Shown: one piece after another, positions 10,648-22,287 of the stretch
How positions within the stretch are numbered: the first letter of the stretch is position 1
How the letters are laid out: each line of letters begins with the position of its first letter
Source of the DNA: Eledone cirrhosa
Lineage: Eukaryota
Length of the DNA stretch: 64,000 nucleotides
Assembly (NCBI GenBank): GCA_964016885.1
Contig: OZ024741.1
Span: forward strand, 188,046,001-188,110,000
Direction: 5' to 3'
Notes under the pieces: model-generated
The model's database searches: none
What the model was told of the DNA's origin: nothing
What the model saw: the letters and a program-made list of their open reading frames with translations, nothing else
Made by a program: the position numbers and the translations under genes

Positions 10648-12747
10648 ATGGCTACCAAAAAAAAAAAATTTCATACGTCACTCCCACTCATTCCGTCTTC
10701 TTCTTCCTCAATCATCACTACAGGAGAGAGAAGATTGTCTCTCTCCCTCCCTTCTTTAAATGTGTCTCTCTCCCTACCTTCTCTTTCGCAAGCGACGAAA
10801 GAAAAGAAAAGTCTCGTGCAAAGCGTGCAAGGTTTCTCCACGACGACGACGACAGCGACGAAACAGGTGTGCGGGAAATACGAAAACCCAGTTCATTCGT
10901 CTGACGTCAGGAATAATAGCAGTAGCAGCCGTAATAACAACAGCAACAGTGACAATGAAAACAACAGTAGCAGCCGCAACAGCATCACCAGCAGCATAAA
11001 CAACAACACCATTAGCAGCAGCAACACCAACAACAACCACAGCAACAGCGGCGGAGGCAGTAGTCGTAGTACCTGCAGCAACAACAAAAGTACCAGCAGC
11101 TCTGACGACAACAACAACAGCAGAGAAAAACCAATCTCATTTGCAGGTATTGCGAAAAACCTGGAAACAATCCTCATAACAAATGAGGAATTAGAGGAAG
11201 CGAAGAAGATGGTGACAAAGAACGGACACCGAGCAATCTGCAAGGCAGCGAAAAATTTTTTCGAAACCCAAGAGCACTGTACGGTCACGTACCGTACAGT
11301 AAGTACAAAATCCCGTAGGGTGGAAAGAGCCACAGAGGCCCAAATACAAAAAGCCTTGGGGTCTGTGTGGCAGAGGAAAACGCACATCACCCGAGGCAAA
11401 AAATACGCCACCGTAGACGTACTTTTTGCCACACCCCAGGAGGCAAAGGCCCAATCAGTAGTGACCCTAAGGAGCGAGGAAATGGTGTTGGTGCCCTCCT
11501 ACTGCGGGCAAAAAATTGTGAGGGTCAAACTGACCCACGTCCCCCCCGGAATGACCCCTTCTTGGCTGGCCGCGTCTGTCCTCGTCGGAATCGAGGACAA
11601 AACAACTGTACTGCAAGTACAGAAAAAAGTAAGAGAAGATTGGGTCGGCTCCTCCATTGAGATGCTAATACAAACCAACCAGGAGTGCATCGAAGCTATC
11701 CCGGATGTGATAGACTTCGATAACGGCACTCAACTGCCCATAAGTGTTGAGGGCAAACGCCCGAAATGCTTTCGCTGTGGATCGAAGACTCACCTCAGGG
11801 CCTTCTGCAACGAGAAGACCCTGAGAAAGGAGAAAACCCCCCTCCTCCCGAATCCGGTTCCACGGCTACCAGCAACAGGACAAGCGGCAACCAGGAACGA
11901 TAGGTCCGTGGCACCCATACCCACTCCACGGAAATCAAAGACAGCAGCAGCAGTGGAAATATTAACAACAACAACAGCAATACCAAATGCAGCTGCAACA
12001 GAGACTCCAGTGCAAACATCACCAACAACAACAAGTGAAAGAGTGGAGCTGGTACCCCTCCCCGACCTTACAGAATCAGACATGGAGTGTGAGGTGGGAG
12101 AGGGATGGCAAAAGGTCTCAAGAAGGCACAAACGCAGAAGCAGCGCATCGTCGCCTTTGAAAAGGGAGGAAAGAAATGAGAAAAGGGTAAAGTCTACTGC
12201 AAAGAGACCCACAGCAGCAACACCACCAACACCATCACCACCCACACCAGCACCACCATCACCACCGGCGACAACCCCACCGCCAACAACACCTTCAACA
12301 CCACCACCACAAGCACCAACATCGCAAACACAACAACAAAACACACACACCCAGCAACAACGACAAGAAAATAGCAGAACCACACCCCACCCCCAGAAAA
12401 ACAAATGCACGGCAATAAACACACACAACAAGAAACTAATGACTTACATAATTGAACACACAGACATTTCACAACAGGACTACATAATACCAGCACCAAT
12501 CAAAACGCCAACTAACATAAGACTGCTAAAAATAGCACAGAAACAATACACAAACATTAAAACGAAATTCCCCAACGCAGTTGGTGATTTCAGGGACCTA
12601 GGAGGAACCATTAATCGAAGAGTATATTCAGACATTCTCTTAGAAGAGCCGACGACCAGCCGAAGGGACGATTCAACGGTCCCTTCACCAGACGATCAAG
12701 TGAAAAGGGATGTAAAAACCATCCCTCCTCTACCAAAAATACGGTAA
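10648..12747 (+). CDS. ORF1, copy 2
   Basis: Same protein as copy 1. Confidence 0.88.
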   Translation: MATKKKKFHTSLPLIPSSSSSIITTGERRLSLSLPSLNVSLSLPSLSQATKEKKSLVQSVQGFSTTTTTATKQVCGKYENPVHSSDVRNNSSSSRNNNSNSDNENNSSSRNSITSSINNNTISSSNTNNNHSNSGGGSSRSTCSNNKSTSSSDDNNNSREKPISFAGIAKNLETILITNEELEEAKKMVTKNGHRAICKAAKNFFETQEHCTVTYRTVSTKSRRVERATEAQIQKALGSVWQRKTHITRGKKYATVDVLFATPQEAKAQSVVTLRSEEMVLVPSYCGQKIVRVKLTHVPPGMTPSWLAASVLVGIEDKTTVLQVQKKVREDWVGSSIEMLIQTNQECIEAIPDVIDFDNGTQLPISVEGKRPKCFRCGSKTHLRAFCNEKTLRKEKTPLLPNPVPRLPATGQAATRNDRSVAPIPTPRKSKTAAAVEILTTTTAIPNAAATETPVQTSPTTTSERVELVPLPDLTESDMECEVGEGWQKVSRRHKRRSSASSPLKREERNEKRVKSTAKRPTAATPPTPSPPTPAPPSPPATTPPPTTPSTPPPQAPTSQTQQQNTHTQQQRQENSRTTPHPQKNKCTAINTHNKKLMTYIIEHTDISQQDYIIPAPIKTPTNIRLLKIAQKQYTNIKTKFPNAVGDFRDLGGTINRRVYSDILLEEPTTSRRDDSTVPSPDDQVKRDVKTIPPLPKIR

Positions 12748-12782
12748 GTGGTCTTTCCCATCTTTTCCACTCTATTTTAAAC

Positions 12783-15700
12783 ATGACCTCACTCAGAATA
12801 GGCAGCATAAATGCGCGTGGCTTGGGGTCGTCATGGAAGCAGGGTCACCTGCTCAACGACCTCAGGTCACTAAACATAGATGTAGTGGCCATCAGCGAGA
12901 CCAGAATCTCCGAAGCACGGGCCTTCGCACCGATCTTCGGCGGCTACGATGTGTACGCATCTCCCAGCCGTCCTGGATCGGGTGGAGGAGTTGCTGTGCT
13001 TTTTCGGAGAGGTTTGGATCTCGCCATACGGGCCATCTTCCTGGACCCAGAGGGTAAGCTGGTGGTGCTGGACGTGACCAGCGGAGACGGGCAAGCTTTC
13101 AGGCTAGTGGCCGTCTATGCCCCGACAGGAGCAGGGCGGCCTGATTTCTTCCGGCGTCTGGAGACCTTTCTTGGAACGTCGCGCTCTTTAGTGTTAGTGG
13201 GCGACTGGAACGGGATCTTAGATGCACGCTGGGACTGTGTGGGATTAGCGGATAGGGGTGGAGGGTGCAAGAGCCTCACCAACCTGCTCAGGCGTTTTGA
13301 ACTGTCTGACAGGTACCGATTGGATTTCCCGAATGTGCCAATGTGGACTTGGACAAACCGCATAGGGTCATCCAGATCATATCTAGATAGAGTATTTTGT
13401 AGGGAAATAGATAGGTCTAGCATAGGCTGTCCACAATTCAAGATAGTCAGCTACACGGACCACAAATTCGTGATCTGTGTGCTTGACTTAGATAGGCTTC
13501 ATAGACGAGGACCCGGCTACTGGAAGCTAAACGCGTCCTTACCAGCGCGCAAGGCCTACAGAGACCGGATTAGCGAACTAGTTAAGCGGGCGTTGACGGG
13601 GGCCATCGTCAACAACAAGTGGTGGTTTGCTCTGAAAAGAGCGATTAGAATAGAATCGATTAGGTTTAGTAAGGCTTTAGCAATAGAGAAAAATAGAGCA
13701 GAGGGAGAACTAGTTAGAAAATTAGACGAGGCGCTTAGCAAAGGCATTGCGACCGACGTGCTTGCGGCGAAATTGGCCCTTGACCAATTCTTCAATGCAA
13801 AGCACGAAGGCTGCGTTGTCAGAGCTAGGGTGCGTGCTCTCAGACACGAGGGGACGAAAGCCGTTCAATGGGCCCGAGTGGCGGAGGCGCGTCGTGGCAA
13901 CAAAGCCACGATCCGGTCTTTGGTGGACCACGACGGGCGCATGCTACTCGATCCCGGGCAAATGTGTGAAGCTTTTCAGCGACACTTCGCTCAGCTGTTC
14001 GGGGGCAGCGGGGGGCCGGGTAGAGGGATGGACTTTAGTGTCTACCTCGACGGACTGCCGCGGCTCTCGGCCACTGAGGCGAAGTGTTGCGAAAAGCCGA
14101 TAACAGCCGCTGAAGTAAGGGAGGCAATGACTGGCTGCACAAGGGGTAAATCGCCTGGTTTGGATGGTCTGCCCTATGAACTTTACGTACAGATGCCAGA
14201 CTTGTTCGGAGGCCTCTTGGCGGACGTCTACTGCAACTGGCAACAGAACGGGAGAATTCCCAGTTCTGTGAGCCGAGGAGCGGTGGCACTGCTGAGAAAG
14301 GATCCGAACAAGGGGGATAACATAGACAATTTCCGGCCCATAACTCTGCTAAACACAGAGTTTAAGATTTTGGCCAAGGTGCTAGCAAAGAGGTTGGCGC
14401 TTGTCGTTGGTGGTCTGGTGGGAGAGGCGCAGACATGCGCCATTCCCGACAGATCCATCCACGACAACCTCCACCTCATGCGATACATCGTAGAGAGGGT
14501 AGCTAGGGAACCTGGCACGGGTGGGTCCTTGATCAATTTAGATCAGTCGAAAGCTTTCGATAGGGTCGACCATCGTTACCTAGCGGCAGTCCTGAGGGCG
14601 GCTGGCTTTGGGCCCGTCTTCAGAGGCTGGATCGCTGCCATGCACAGCGACATCTGCTCTGTGGTGAGAGTGAACGGTCACCTGTCGGAACCGTTCAACA
14701 TCATGCGCTCGGTCCGCCAAGGATGTCCCCTCTCGTCCCTCTTGTACGTATTGACTCTCGAGCCATTACTGCACAAACTGGAGACGTTGAGGGGAGTCCC
14801 GCGCGAACTAGGATGCGGAAGATCCGTGTCAGCATATGCGGACGATGTCACCGTAGTGGTGTCGAACGCCAAACACATCGAGGCGATCGGCACTACACTA
14901 AGAGAATACGAAGCGGTGACAGGAGCAATGATCAACCAGGAAAAGTCAGTGGGCCTGCAGCTCGGCACCTGGAGAGGCAGGTCCATGCCGTCCAACAGCG
15001 TCGTCGGGCGCTGGACGGACGGACCGGTTAAATTGCTAGGGGTCTGGTTCGGTCCGGACCTCCAGACGGACAAAAACTGGGACGAGGTGACGAGCAGGGT
15101 GGCTTCTCTCACCCAGAAATGGGCGGAGAGGAAGCTATCCCTGAAAGGTCGAGCGGAGGTGGCTAACGCGTACATCGCGTCTGTCATCTGCTACCGCCTA
15201 ACCGTCGTACCTTGTCCTAAGCCTCGCCTGACTGCGCTGGAGCGTTTGCTCTTTCGCTTTTTGTGGAAGGGACGTGCTCCGATGGTCAGGCGGTCCATCT
15301 GTTGTCAACACCCGCTACGTGGAGGGCTGGGCATGCCGTGGCTGATGATGCGCAGGCACGCGCTCAGGCTACGACATCTCCACCTCTTCCTCGACGGTGA
15401 TCAGGTGTGGTCGCCGTTTGCTAGACGCGTTTTTCCCCAGCTCGTTTCCTTGACGGAGCTGCAGTCCTGGGTCAAGCGAAGACCGAGAGGGAGCGCCTGG
15501 AGACTGGAATGTCTTCAGGCGCTCACAGCCCTCGACCAATCGGGCAATGTGATCGGTGGAAACTCCACCTCGGCGTTCTATAGAGGATTAGTGGAGGGGA
15601 AGAGCGACGACGTACTTGGGGAAACTCTAGGCGTCGACGAAAATCAACTAGCCAATCTCTTCGGAAGAACCTTCGGGCCAGGGCCTATGGACAACTTCCA

Positions 15701-16202
15701 GAAATCTCTGGCCTGGCAGTGCTACCGAGGAGCCTTGCCAGTTCGGGATAAACTCTACAGGCATGGAGGTGCCGTCAGCCGGGCATGTCCGAGATGCGCG
15801 CAGGGCGACGAAACCGTCCTGCACGCACTCGTCCAGTGTCCGAAAATTGCTGACTTGTGGGTTTATGTCGAACACCTGCTGTCGCGTTTAGGACGGATCC
15901 AGCTATCATCTGAGTCTATCGTGAGGATTGCCCCGCCCTCCTCCTTTAGCCGGGAAGGGCAGGCAGTTTTTATCTGTCTGGTGGCCATGGCGAAAGAGAT
16001 AGTATGGTGGACACGTTTGAAAGGGCTGAAGACGAGCACTTACCTCTTCGGTGATGCTCTGATTGACTTTTTCAAATTTCATTTGAAAAGGAAAATCAGA
16101 GTAGAGAAGGAAGTGCTCTCTTCCCAGCATTTTGTTGAAAGATGGGTGAGAGAAGCAAGAATGGCCCGAGTGAATGGGCCGACTCTGAGTATATATCTGT
16201 AA
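12783..16202 (+). CDS. ORF2 (APE-RT-ZnF), copy 2
   Basis: Same protein as copy 1. Confidence 0.95.
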   Translation: MTSLRIGSINARGLGSSWKQGHLLNDLRSLNIDVVAISETRISEARAFAPIFGGYDVYASPSRPGSGGGVAVLFRRGLDLAIRAIFLDPEGKLVVLDVTSGDGQAFRLVAVYAPTGAGRPDFFRRLETFLGTSRSLVLVGDWNGILDARWDCVGLADRGGGCKSLTNLLRRFELSDRYRLDFPNVPMWTWTNRIGSSRSYLDRVFCREIDRSSIGCPQFKIVSYTDHKFVICVLDLDRLHRRGPGYWKLNASLPARKAYRDRISELVKRALTGAIVNNKWWFALKRAIRIESIRFSKALAIEKNRAEGELVRKLDEALSKGIATDVLAAKLALDQFFNAKHEGCVVRARVRALRHEGTKAVQWARVAEARRGNKATIRSLVDHDGRMLLDPGQMCEAFQRHFAQLFGGSGGPGRGMDFSVYLDGLPRLSATEAKCCEKPITAAEVREAMTGCTRGKSPGLDGLPYELYVQMPDLFGGLLADVYCNWQQNGRIPSSVSRGAVALLRKDPNKGDNIDNFRPITLLNTEFKILAKVLAKRLALVVGGLVGEAQTCAIPDRSIHDNLHLMRYIVERVAREPGTGGSLINLDQSKAFDRVDHRYLAAVLRAAGFGPVFRGWIAAMHSDICSVVRVNGHLSEPFNIMRSVRQGCPLSSLLYVLTLEPLLHKLETLRGVPRELGCGRSVSAYADDVTVVVSNAKHIEAIGTTLREYEAVTGAMINQEKSVGLQLGTWRGRSMPSNSVVGRWTDGPVKLLGVWFGPDLQTDKNWDEVTSRVASLTQKWAERKLSLKGRAEVANAYIASVICYRLTVVPCPKPRLTALERLLFRFLWKGRAPMVRRSICCQHPLRGGLGMPWLMMRRHALRLRHLHLFLDGDQVWSPFARRVFPQLVSLTELQSWVKRRPRGSAWRLECLQALTALDQSGNVIGGNSTSAFYRGLVEGKSDDVLGETLGVDENQLANLFGRTFGPGPMDNFQKSLAWQCYRGALPVRDKLYRHGGAVSRACPRCAQGDETVLHALVQCPKIADLWVYVEHLLSRLGRIQLSSESIVRIAPPSSFSREGQAVFICLVAMAKEIVWWTRLKGLKTSTYLFGDALIDFFKFHLKRKIRVEKEVLSSQHFVERWVREARMARVNGPTLSIYL

Positions 16203-16472
16203 ACTAAAGGTGGAAAACTGGGAGAGGGCACTTGCCTTGGTGGTCAGGGTCATTGTGGCTTTTTACTGGGCTTTCTCCACAAATGTCCCTCCGAAGTCTC
16301 CCCCCTATTGGGGAATTTTTCATTGTTATTTTCATTGTTATTTTTGTTACATCCTCTATTTTTGTTTTTTTTACACGCAGAAATGCCCATTTGTACCGTC
16401 CTGCATTGTCCTGCACTGTCCTTAATGTCTACTTTATGTAAACCCTTGTGGTTAATAAAGAAATCATTATTG

Positions 16473-16519
<47 letters not shown>

Positions 16520-16732
16520 GAATGCCATGGTTGACGGAGGCTCGGCTCTGTAAGGTATAGTAATTTTTAACCGTTAAAACAATTGTAAATTGTTTAAAAC
16601 TTGAACCAAATTGTTGATAAAGACACCCTCCTCCTCGTGAGAGGGGTCTTTCTGTCCGTTATTTGGCCCTTCGGGGTTAAATAGCCAGTTATTGGGGTTT
16701 TGTACCCAAAATTTCATTTTAAACAAAAAAAC

Positions 16733-18832
16733 ATGGCTACCAAAAAAAAAAAATTTCATACGTCACTCCCACTCATTCCGTCTTCTTCTTCCTCAATCAT
16801 CACTACAGGAGAGAGAAGATTGTCTCTCTCCCTCCCTTCTTTAAATGTGTCTCTCTCCCTACCTTCTCTTTCGCAAGCGACGAAAGAAAAGAAAAGTCTC
16901 GTGCAAAGCGTGCAAGGTTTCTCCACGACGACGACGACAGCGACGAAACAGGTGTGCGGGAAATACGAAAACCCAGTTCATTCGTCTGACGTCAGGAATA
17001 ATAGCAGTAGCAGCCGTAATAACAACAGCAACAGTGACAATGAAAACAACAGTAGCAGCCGCAACAGCATCACCAGCAGCATAAACAACAACACCATTAG
17101 CAGCAGCAACACCAACAACAACCACAGCAACAGCGGCGGAGGCAGTAGTCGTAGTACCTGCAGCAACAACAAAAGTACCAGCAGCTCTGACGACAACAAC
17201 AACAGCAGAGAAAAACCAATCTCATTTGCAGGTATTGCGAAAAACCTGGAAACAATCCTCATAACAAATGAGGAATTAGAGGAAGCGAAGAAGATGGTGA
17301 CAAAGAACGGACACCGAGCAATCTGCAAGGCAGCGAAAAATTTTTTCGAAACCCAAGAGCACTGTACGGTCACGTACCGTACAGTAAGTACAAAATCCCG
17401 TAGGGTGGAAAGAGCCACAGAGGCCCAAATACAAAAAGCCTTGGGGTCTGTGTGGCAGAGGAAAACGCACATCACCCGAGGCAAAAAATACGCCACCGTA
17501 GACGTACTTTTTGCCACACCCCAGGAGGCAAAGGCCCAATCAGTAGTGACCCTAAGGAGCGAGGAAATGGTGTTGGTGCCCTCCTACTGCGGGCAAAAAA
17601 TTGTGAGGGTCAAACTGACCCACGTCCCCCCCGGAATGACCCCTTCTTGGCTGGCCGCGTCTGTCCTCGTCGGAATCGAGGACAAAACAACTGTACTGCA
17701 AGTACAGAAAAAAGTAAGAGAAGATTGGGTCGGCTCCTCCATTGAGATGCTAATCCAAACCAACCAGGAGTGCATCGAAGCTATCCCGGATGTGATAGAC
17801 TTCGATAACGGCACTCAACTGCCCATAAGTGTTGAGGGCAAACGCCCGAAATGCTTTCGCTGTGGATCGAAGACTCACCTCAGGGCCTTCTGCAACGAGA
17901 AGACCCTGAGAAAGGAGAAAACCCCCCTCCTCCCGAATCCGGTTCCACGGCTACCAGCAACAGGACAAGCGGCAACCAGGAACGATAGGTCCGTGGCACC
18001 CATACCCACTCCACGGAAATCAAAGACAGCAGCAGCAGTGGAAATATTAACAACAACAACAGCAATACCAAATGCAGCTGCAACAGAGACTCCAGTGCAA
18101 ACATCACCAACAACAACAAGTGAAAGAGTGGAGCTGGTACCCCTCCCCGACCTTACAGAATCAGACATGGAGTGTGAGGTGGGAGAGGGATGGCAAAAGG
18201 TCTCAAGAAGGCACAAACGCAGAAGCAGCGCATCGTCGCCTTTGAAAAGGGAGGAAAGAAATGAGAAAAGGGTAAAGTCTACTGCAAAGAGACCCACAGC
18301 AGCAACACCACCAACACCATCACCACCCACACCAGCACCACCATCACCACCGGCGACAACCCCACCGCCAACAACACCTTCAACACCACCACCACAAGCA
18401 CCAACATCGCAAACACAACAACAAAACACACACACCCAGCAACAACGACAAGAAAATAGCAGAACCACACCCCACCCCCAGAAAAACAAATGCACGGCAA
18501 TAAACACACACAACAAGAAACTAATGACTTACATAATTGAACACACAGACATTTCACAACAGGACTACATAATACCAGCACCAATCAAAACGCCAACTAA
18601 CATAAGACTGCTAAAAATAGCACAGAAACAATACACAAACATTAAAACGAAATTTCCCAACGCAGTTGGTGATTTCAGGGACCTAGGAGGAACCATTAAT
18701 CGAAGAGTATATTCAGACATTCTCTTAGAAGAGCCGACGACCAGCCGAAGGGACGATTCAACGGTCCCTTCACCAGACGATCAAGTGAAAAGGGATGTAA
18801 AAACCATCCCTCCTCTACCAAAAATACGGTAA
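16733..18832 (+). CDS. ORF1, copy 3
   Basis: Same protein; two synonymous changes seen. Confidence 0.88.
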   Translation: MATKKKKFHTSLPLIPSSSSSIITTGERRLSLSLPSLNVSLSLPSLSQATKEKKSLVQSVQGFSTTTTTATKQVCGKYENPVHSSDVRNNSSSSRNNNSNSDNENNSSSRNSITSSINNNTISSSNTNNNHSNSGGGSSRSTCSNNKSTSSSDDNNNSREKPISFAGIAKNLETILITNEELEEAKKMVTKNGHRAICKAAKNFFETQEHCTVTYRTVSTKSRRVERATEAQIQKALGSVWQRKTHITRGKKYATVDVLFATPQEAKAQSVVTLRSEEMVLVPSYCGQKIVRVKLTHVPPGMTPSWLAASVLVGIEDKTTVLQVQKKVREDWVGSSIEMLIQTNQECIEAIPDVIDFDNGTQLPISVEGKRPKCFRCGSKTHLRAFCNEKTLRKEKTPLLPNPVPRLPATGQAATRNDRSVAPIPTPRKSKTAAAVEILTTTTAIPNAAATETPVQTSPTTTSERVELVPLPDLTESDMECEVGEGWQKVSRRHKRRSSASSPLKREERNEKRVKSTAKRPTAATPPTPSPPTPAPPSPPATTPPPTTPSTPPPQAPTSQTQQQNTHTQQQRQENSRTTPHPQKNKCTAINTHNKKLMTYIIEHTDISQQDYIIPAPIKTPTNIRLLKIAQKQYTNIKTKFPNAVGDFRDLGGTINRRVYSDILLEEPTTSRRDDSTVPSPDDQVKRDVKTIPPLPKIR

Positions 18833-18867
18833 GTGGTCTTTCCCATCTTTTCCACTCTATTTTAAAC

Positions 18868-21800
18868 ATGACCTCACTCAGAATAGGCAGCATAAATGCG
18901 CGTGGCTTGGGGTCGTCATGGAAGCAGGGTCACCTGCTCAACGACCTCAGGTCACTAAACATAGATGTAGTGGCCATCAGCGAGACCAGAATCTCCGAAG
19001 CACGGGCCTTCGCACCGATCTTCGGCGGCTACGATGTGTACGCATCTCCCAGCCGTCCTGGATCCGGTGGAGGAGTTGCTGTACTTTTTCGGAGAGGTTT
19101 GGATCTCGCCATACGGGCCATCTTCCTGGACCCAGAGGGTAAGCTGGTGGTGCTGGACGTGACCAGCGGAGACGGGCAAGCTTTCAGGCTAGTGGCCGTC
19201 TATGCCCCGACAGGAGCAGGGCGGCCTGATTTCTTCCGGCGTCTGGAGACCTTTCTTGGAACGTCCCGCTCTTTAGTGTTAGTGGGCGACTGGAACGGGA
19301 TCTTAGATGCACGCTGGGACTGTGTGGGATTAGCGGATAGGGGTGGAGGGTGCAAGAGCCTCACCAACCTGCTCAGGCGTTTTGAACTGTCTGACAGGTA
19401 CCGATTGGATTTCCCGAATGTGCCAATGTGGACTTGGACAAACCGCATAGGGTCATCCAGATCATATCTAGATAGAGTATTTTGTAGGGAAATAGATAGG
19501 TCTAGCATAGGCTGTCCACAATTCAAGATAGTCAGCTACACGGACCACAAATTCGTGATCTGTGTGCTTGACTTAGATAGGCTTCATAGACGAGGACCCG
19601 GCTACTGGAAGCTAAACGCGTCCTTACCAGCGCGCAAGGCCTACAGAGACCGGATTAGCGAACTAGTTAAGCGGGCGTTGACGGGGGCCATCGTCAACAA
19701 CAAGTGGTGGTTTGCTCTGAAAAGAGCGATTAGAATAGAATCGATTAGGTTTAGTAAGGCTTTAGCAATAGAGAAAAATAGAGCAGAGGGAGAACTAGTT
19801 AGAAAATTAGACGAGGCGCTTAGCAAAGGCATTGCGACCGACGTGCTTGCGGCGAAATTGGCCCTTGACCAATTCTTCAATGCAAAGCACGAAGGCTGCG
19901 TTGTCAGAGCTAGGGTGCGTGCTCTCAGACACGAGGGGACGAAAGCCGTTCAATGGGCCCGAGTGGCGGAGGCGCGTCGTGGCAACAAAGCCACGATCCG
20001 GTCTTTGGTGGACCACGACGGGCGCATGCTACTCGATCCCGGGCAAATGTGTGAAGCTTTTCAGCGACACTTCGCTCAGCTGTTCGGGGGCAGCGGGGGG
20101 CCGGGTAGAGGGATGGACTTTAGTGTCTACCTCGACGGGCTGCCGCGGCTCTCGGCCACTGAGGCGAGGTGTTGCGAAAAGCCGATAACAGCCGCTGAAG
20201 TACGGGAGGCAATGACTGGCTGCACAAGGGGTAAATCGCCTGGTTTGGATGGTCTGCCCTATGAACTTTACGTACAGATGCCAGACTTGTTCGGAGGCCT
20301 CTTGGCGGACGTCTACTGCAACTGGCAACAGAACGGGAGAATTCCCAGTTCTGTGAGCCGAGGAGCGGTGGCACTGCTGAGAAAGGATCCGAACAAGGGG
20401 GATAACATAGACAATTTCCGGCCCATAACTCTGCTAAACACAGAGTTTAAGATTTTGGCCAAGGTGCTAGCAAAGAGGTTGGCGCTTGTCGTTGGTGGTC
20501 TGGTGGGAGAGGCGCAGACATGCGCCATTCCCGACAGATCCATCCACGACAACCTCCACCTCATGCGATACATCGTAGAGAGGGTAGCTAGGGAACCTGG
20601 CACGGGTGGGTCCTTGATCAATTTAGATCAGTCGAAAGCTTTCGATAGGGTCGACCATCGTTACCTAGCGGCAGTCCTGAGGGCGGCTGGCTTTGGGCCC
20701 GTCTTCAGAGGCTGGATCGCTGCCATGCACAGCGACATCTGCTCTGTGGTGAGAGTGAACGGTCACCTGTCGGAACCGTTCAACATCATGCGCTCGGTCC
20801 GCCAAGGATGTCCCCTCTCGTCCCTCTTGTACGTATTGACTCTCGAGCCATTACTGCACAAACTGGAGACGTTGAGGGGAGTCCCGCGCGAACTAGGATG
20901 CGGAAGATCCGTGTCAGCATATGCGGACGATGTCACCGTAGTGGTGTCGAACGCCAAACACATCGAGGCGATCGGCACTACACTAAGAGAATACGAAGCG
21001 GTGACAGGAGCAATGATCAACCAGGAAAAGTCAGTGGGCCTGCAGCTCGGCACCTGGAGAGGCAGGTCCATGCCGTCCAACAGCGTCGTCGGGCGCTGGA
21101 CGGACGGACCGGTTAAATTGCTAGGGGTCTGGTTCGGTCCGGACCTCCAGACGGACAAAAACTGGGACGAGGTGACGAGCAGGGTGGCTTCTCTCACCCA
21201 GAAATGGGCGGAGAGGAAGCTATCCCTGAAAGGTCGAGCGGAGGTGGCTAACGCGTACATCGCGTCTGTCATCTGCTACCGCCTAACCGTCGTACCTTGT
21301 CCTAAGCCTCGCCTGACTGCGCTGGAGCGTTTGCTCTTTCGCTTTTTGTGGAAGGGACGTGCTCCGATGGTCAGGCGGTCCATCTGTTGTCAACACCCGC
21401 TACGTGGAGGGCTGGGCATGCCGTGGCTGATGATGCGCAGGCACGCGCTCAGGCTACGACATCTCCACCTCTTCCTCGACGGTGATCAGGTGTGGTCGCC
21501 GTTTGCTAGACGCGTTTTTCCCCAGCTCGTTTCCTTGACGGAGCTGCAGTCCTGGGTCAAGCGAAGACCGAGAGGGAGCGCCTGGAGACTGGAATGTCTT
21601 CAGGCGCTCACAGCCCTCGACCAATCGGGCAATGTGATCGGTGGAAACTCCACCTCGGCGTTCTATAGAGGATTAGTGGAGGGGAAGAGCGACGACGTAC
21701 TTGGGGAAACTCTAGGCGTCGACGAAAATCAACTAGCCAATCTCTTCGGAAGAACTTTCGGGCCGGGGCCTATGGACAACTTCCAGAAATCTCTGGCCTG

Positions 21801-22287
21801 GCAGTGCTACCGAGGAGCCTTGCCAGTTCGGGATAAACTCTACAGGCATGGAGGTGCCGTCAGCCGGGCATGTCCGAGATGCGCGCAGGGCGACGAAACT
21901 GTCCTGCACGCACTCGTCCAGTGTCCGAAAATTGCTGACTTGTGGGTTTATGTCGAACACCTGCTGTCGCGTTTAGGACGGATCCAGCTATCATCTGAGT
22001 CCATCGTGAGGATTGCCCCGCCCTCCTCCTTTAGCCGGGAAGGGCAGGCAGTTTTTATCTGTCTGGTGGCCATGGCGAAAGAGATAGTATGGTGGACACG
22101 TTTGAAAGGGCTGAAGACGAGCACTTACCTCTTCGGTGATGCTCTGATTGACTTTTTCAAATTTCATTTGAAAAGGAAAATCAGAGTAGAGAGGGAAGTG
22201 CTCTCTTCCCAGCATTTTGTTGAAAGATGGGTGAGAGAAGCAAGAATGGCCCGAGTGAATGGGCCGACTCTGAGTATATATCTGTAA
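18868..22287 (+). CDS. ORF2 (APE-RT-ZnF), copy 3
   Basis: Intact; two K->R changes (TEARCC, RVEREV). Confidence 0.95.
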   Translation: MTSLRIGSINARGLGSSWKQGHLLNDLRSLNIDVVAISETRISEARAFAPIFGGYDVYASPSRPGSGGGVAVLFRRGLDLAIRAIFLDPEGKLVVLDVTSGDGQAFRLVAVYAPTGAGRPDFFRRLETFLGTSRSLVLVGDWNGILDARWDCVGLADRGGGCKSLTNLLRRFELSDRYRLDFPNVPMWTWTNRIGSSRSYLDRVFCREIDRSSIGCPQFKIVSYTDHKFVICVLDLDRLHRRGPGYWKLNASLPARKAYRDRISELVKRALTGAIVNNKWWFALKRAIRIESIRFSKALAIEKNRAEGELVRKLDEALSKGIATDVLAAKLALDQFFNAKHEGCVVRARVRALRHEGTKAVQWARVAEARRGNKATIRSLVDHDGRMLLDPGQMCEAFQRHFAQLFGGSGGPGRGMDFSVYLDGLPRLSATEARCCEKPITAAEVREAMTGCTRGKSPGLDGLPYELYVQMPDLFGGLLADVYCNWQQNGRIPSSVSRGAVALLRKDPNKGDNIDNFRPITLLNTEFKILAKVLAKRLALVVGGLVGEAQTCAIPDRSIHDNLHLMRYIVERVAREPGTGGSLINLDQSKAFDRVDHRYLAAVLRAAGFGPVFRGWIAAMHSDICSVVRVNGHLSEPFNIMRSVRQGCPLSSLLYVLTLEPLLHKLETLRGVPRELGCGRSVSAYADDVTVVVSNAKHIEAIGTTLREYEAVTGAMINQEKSVGLQLGTWRGRSMPSNSVVGRWTDGPVKLLGVWFGPDLQTDKNWDEVTSRVASLTQKWAERKLSLKGRAEVANAYIASVICYRLTVVPCPKPRLTALERLLFRFLWKGRAPMVRRSICCQHPLRGGLGMPWLMMRRHALRLRHLHLFLDGDQVWSPFARRVFPQLVSLTELQSWVKRRPRGSAWRLECLQALTALDQSGNVIGGNSTSAFYRGLVEGKSDDVLGETLGVDENQLANLFGRTFGPGPMDNFQKSLAWQCYRGALPVRDKLYRHGGAVSRACPRCAQGDETVLHALVQCPKIADLWVYVEHLLSRLGRIQLSSESIVRIAPPSSFSREGQAVFICLVAMAKEIVWWTRLKGLKTSTYLFGDALIDFFKFHLKRKIRVEREVLSSQHFVERWVREARMARVNGPTLSIYL

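Larger units (their letters stand above)
10435..16465 (+). mobile_element. L1/Tx1-type retrotransposon, copy 2
   Basis: Same ends and ORFs as copy 1. Confidence 0.92.
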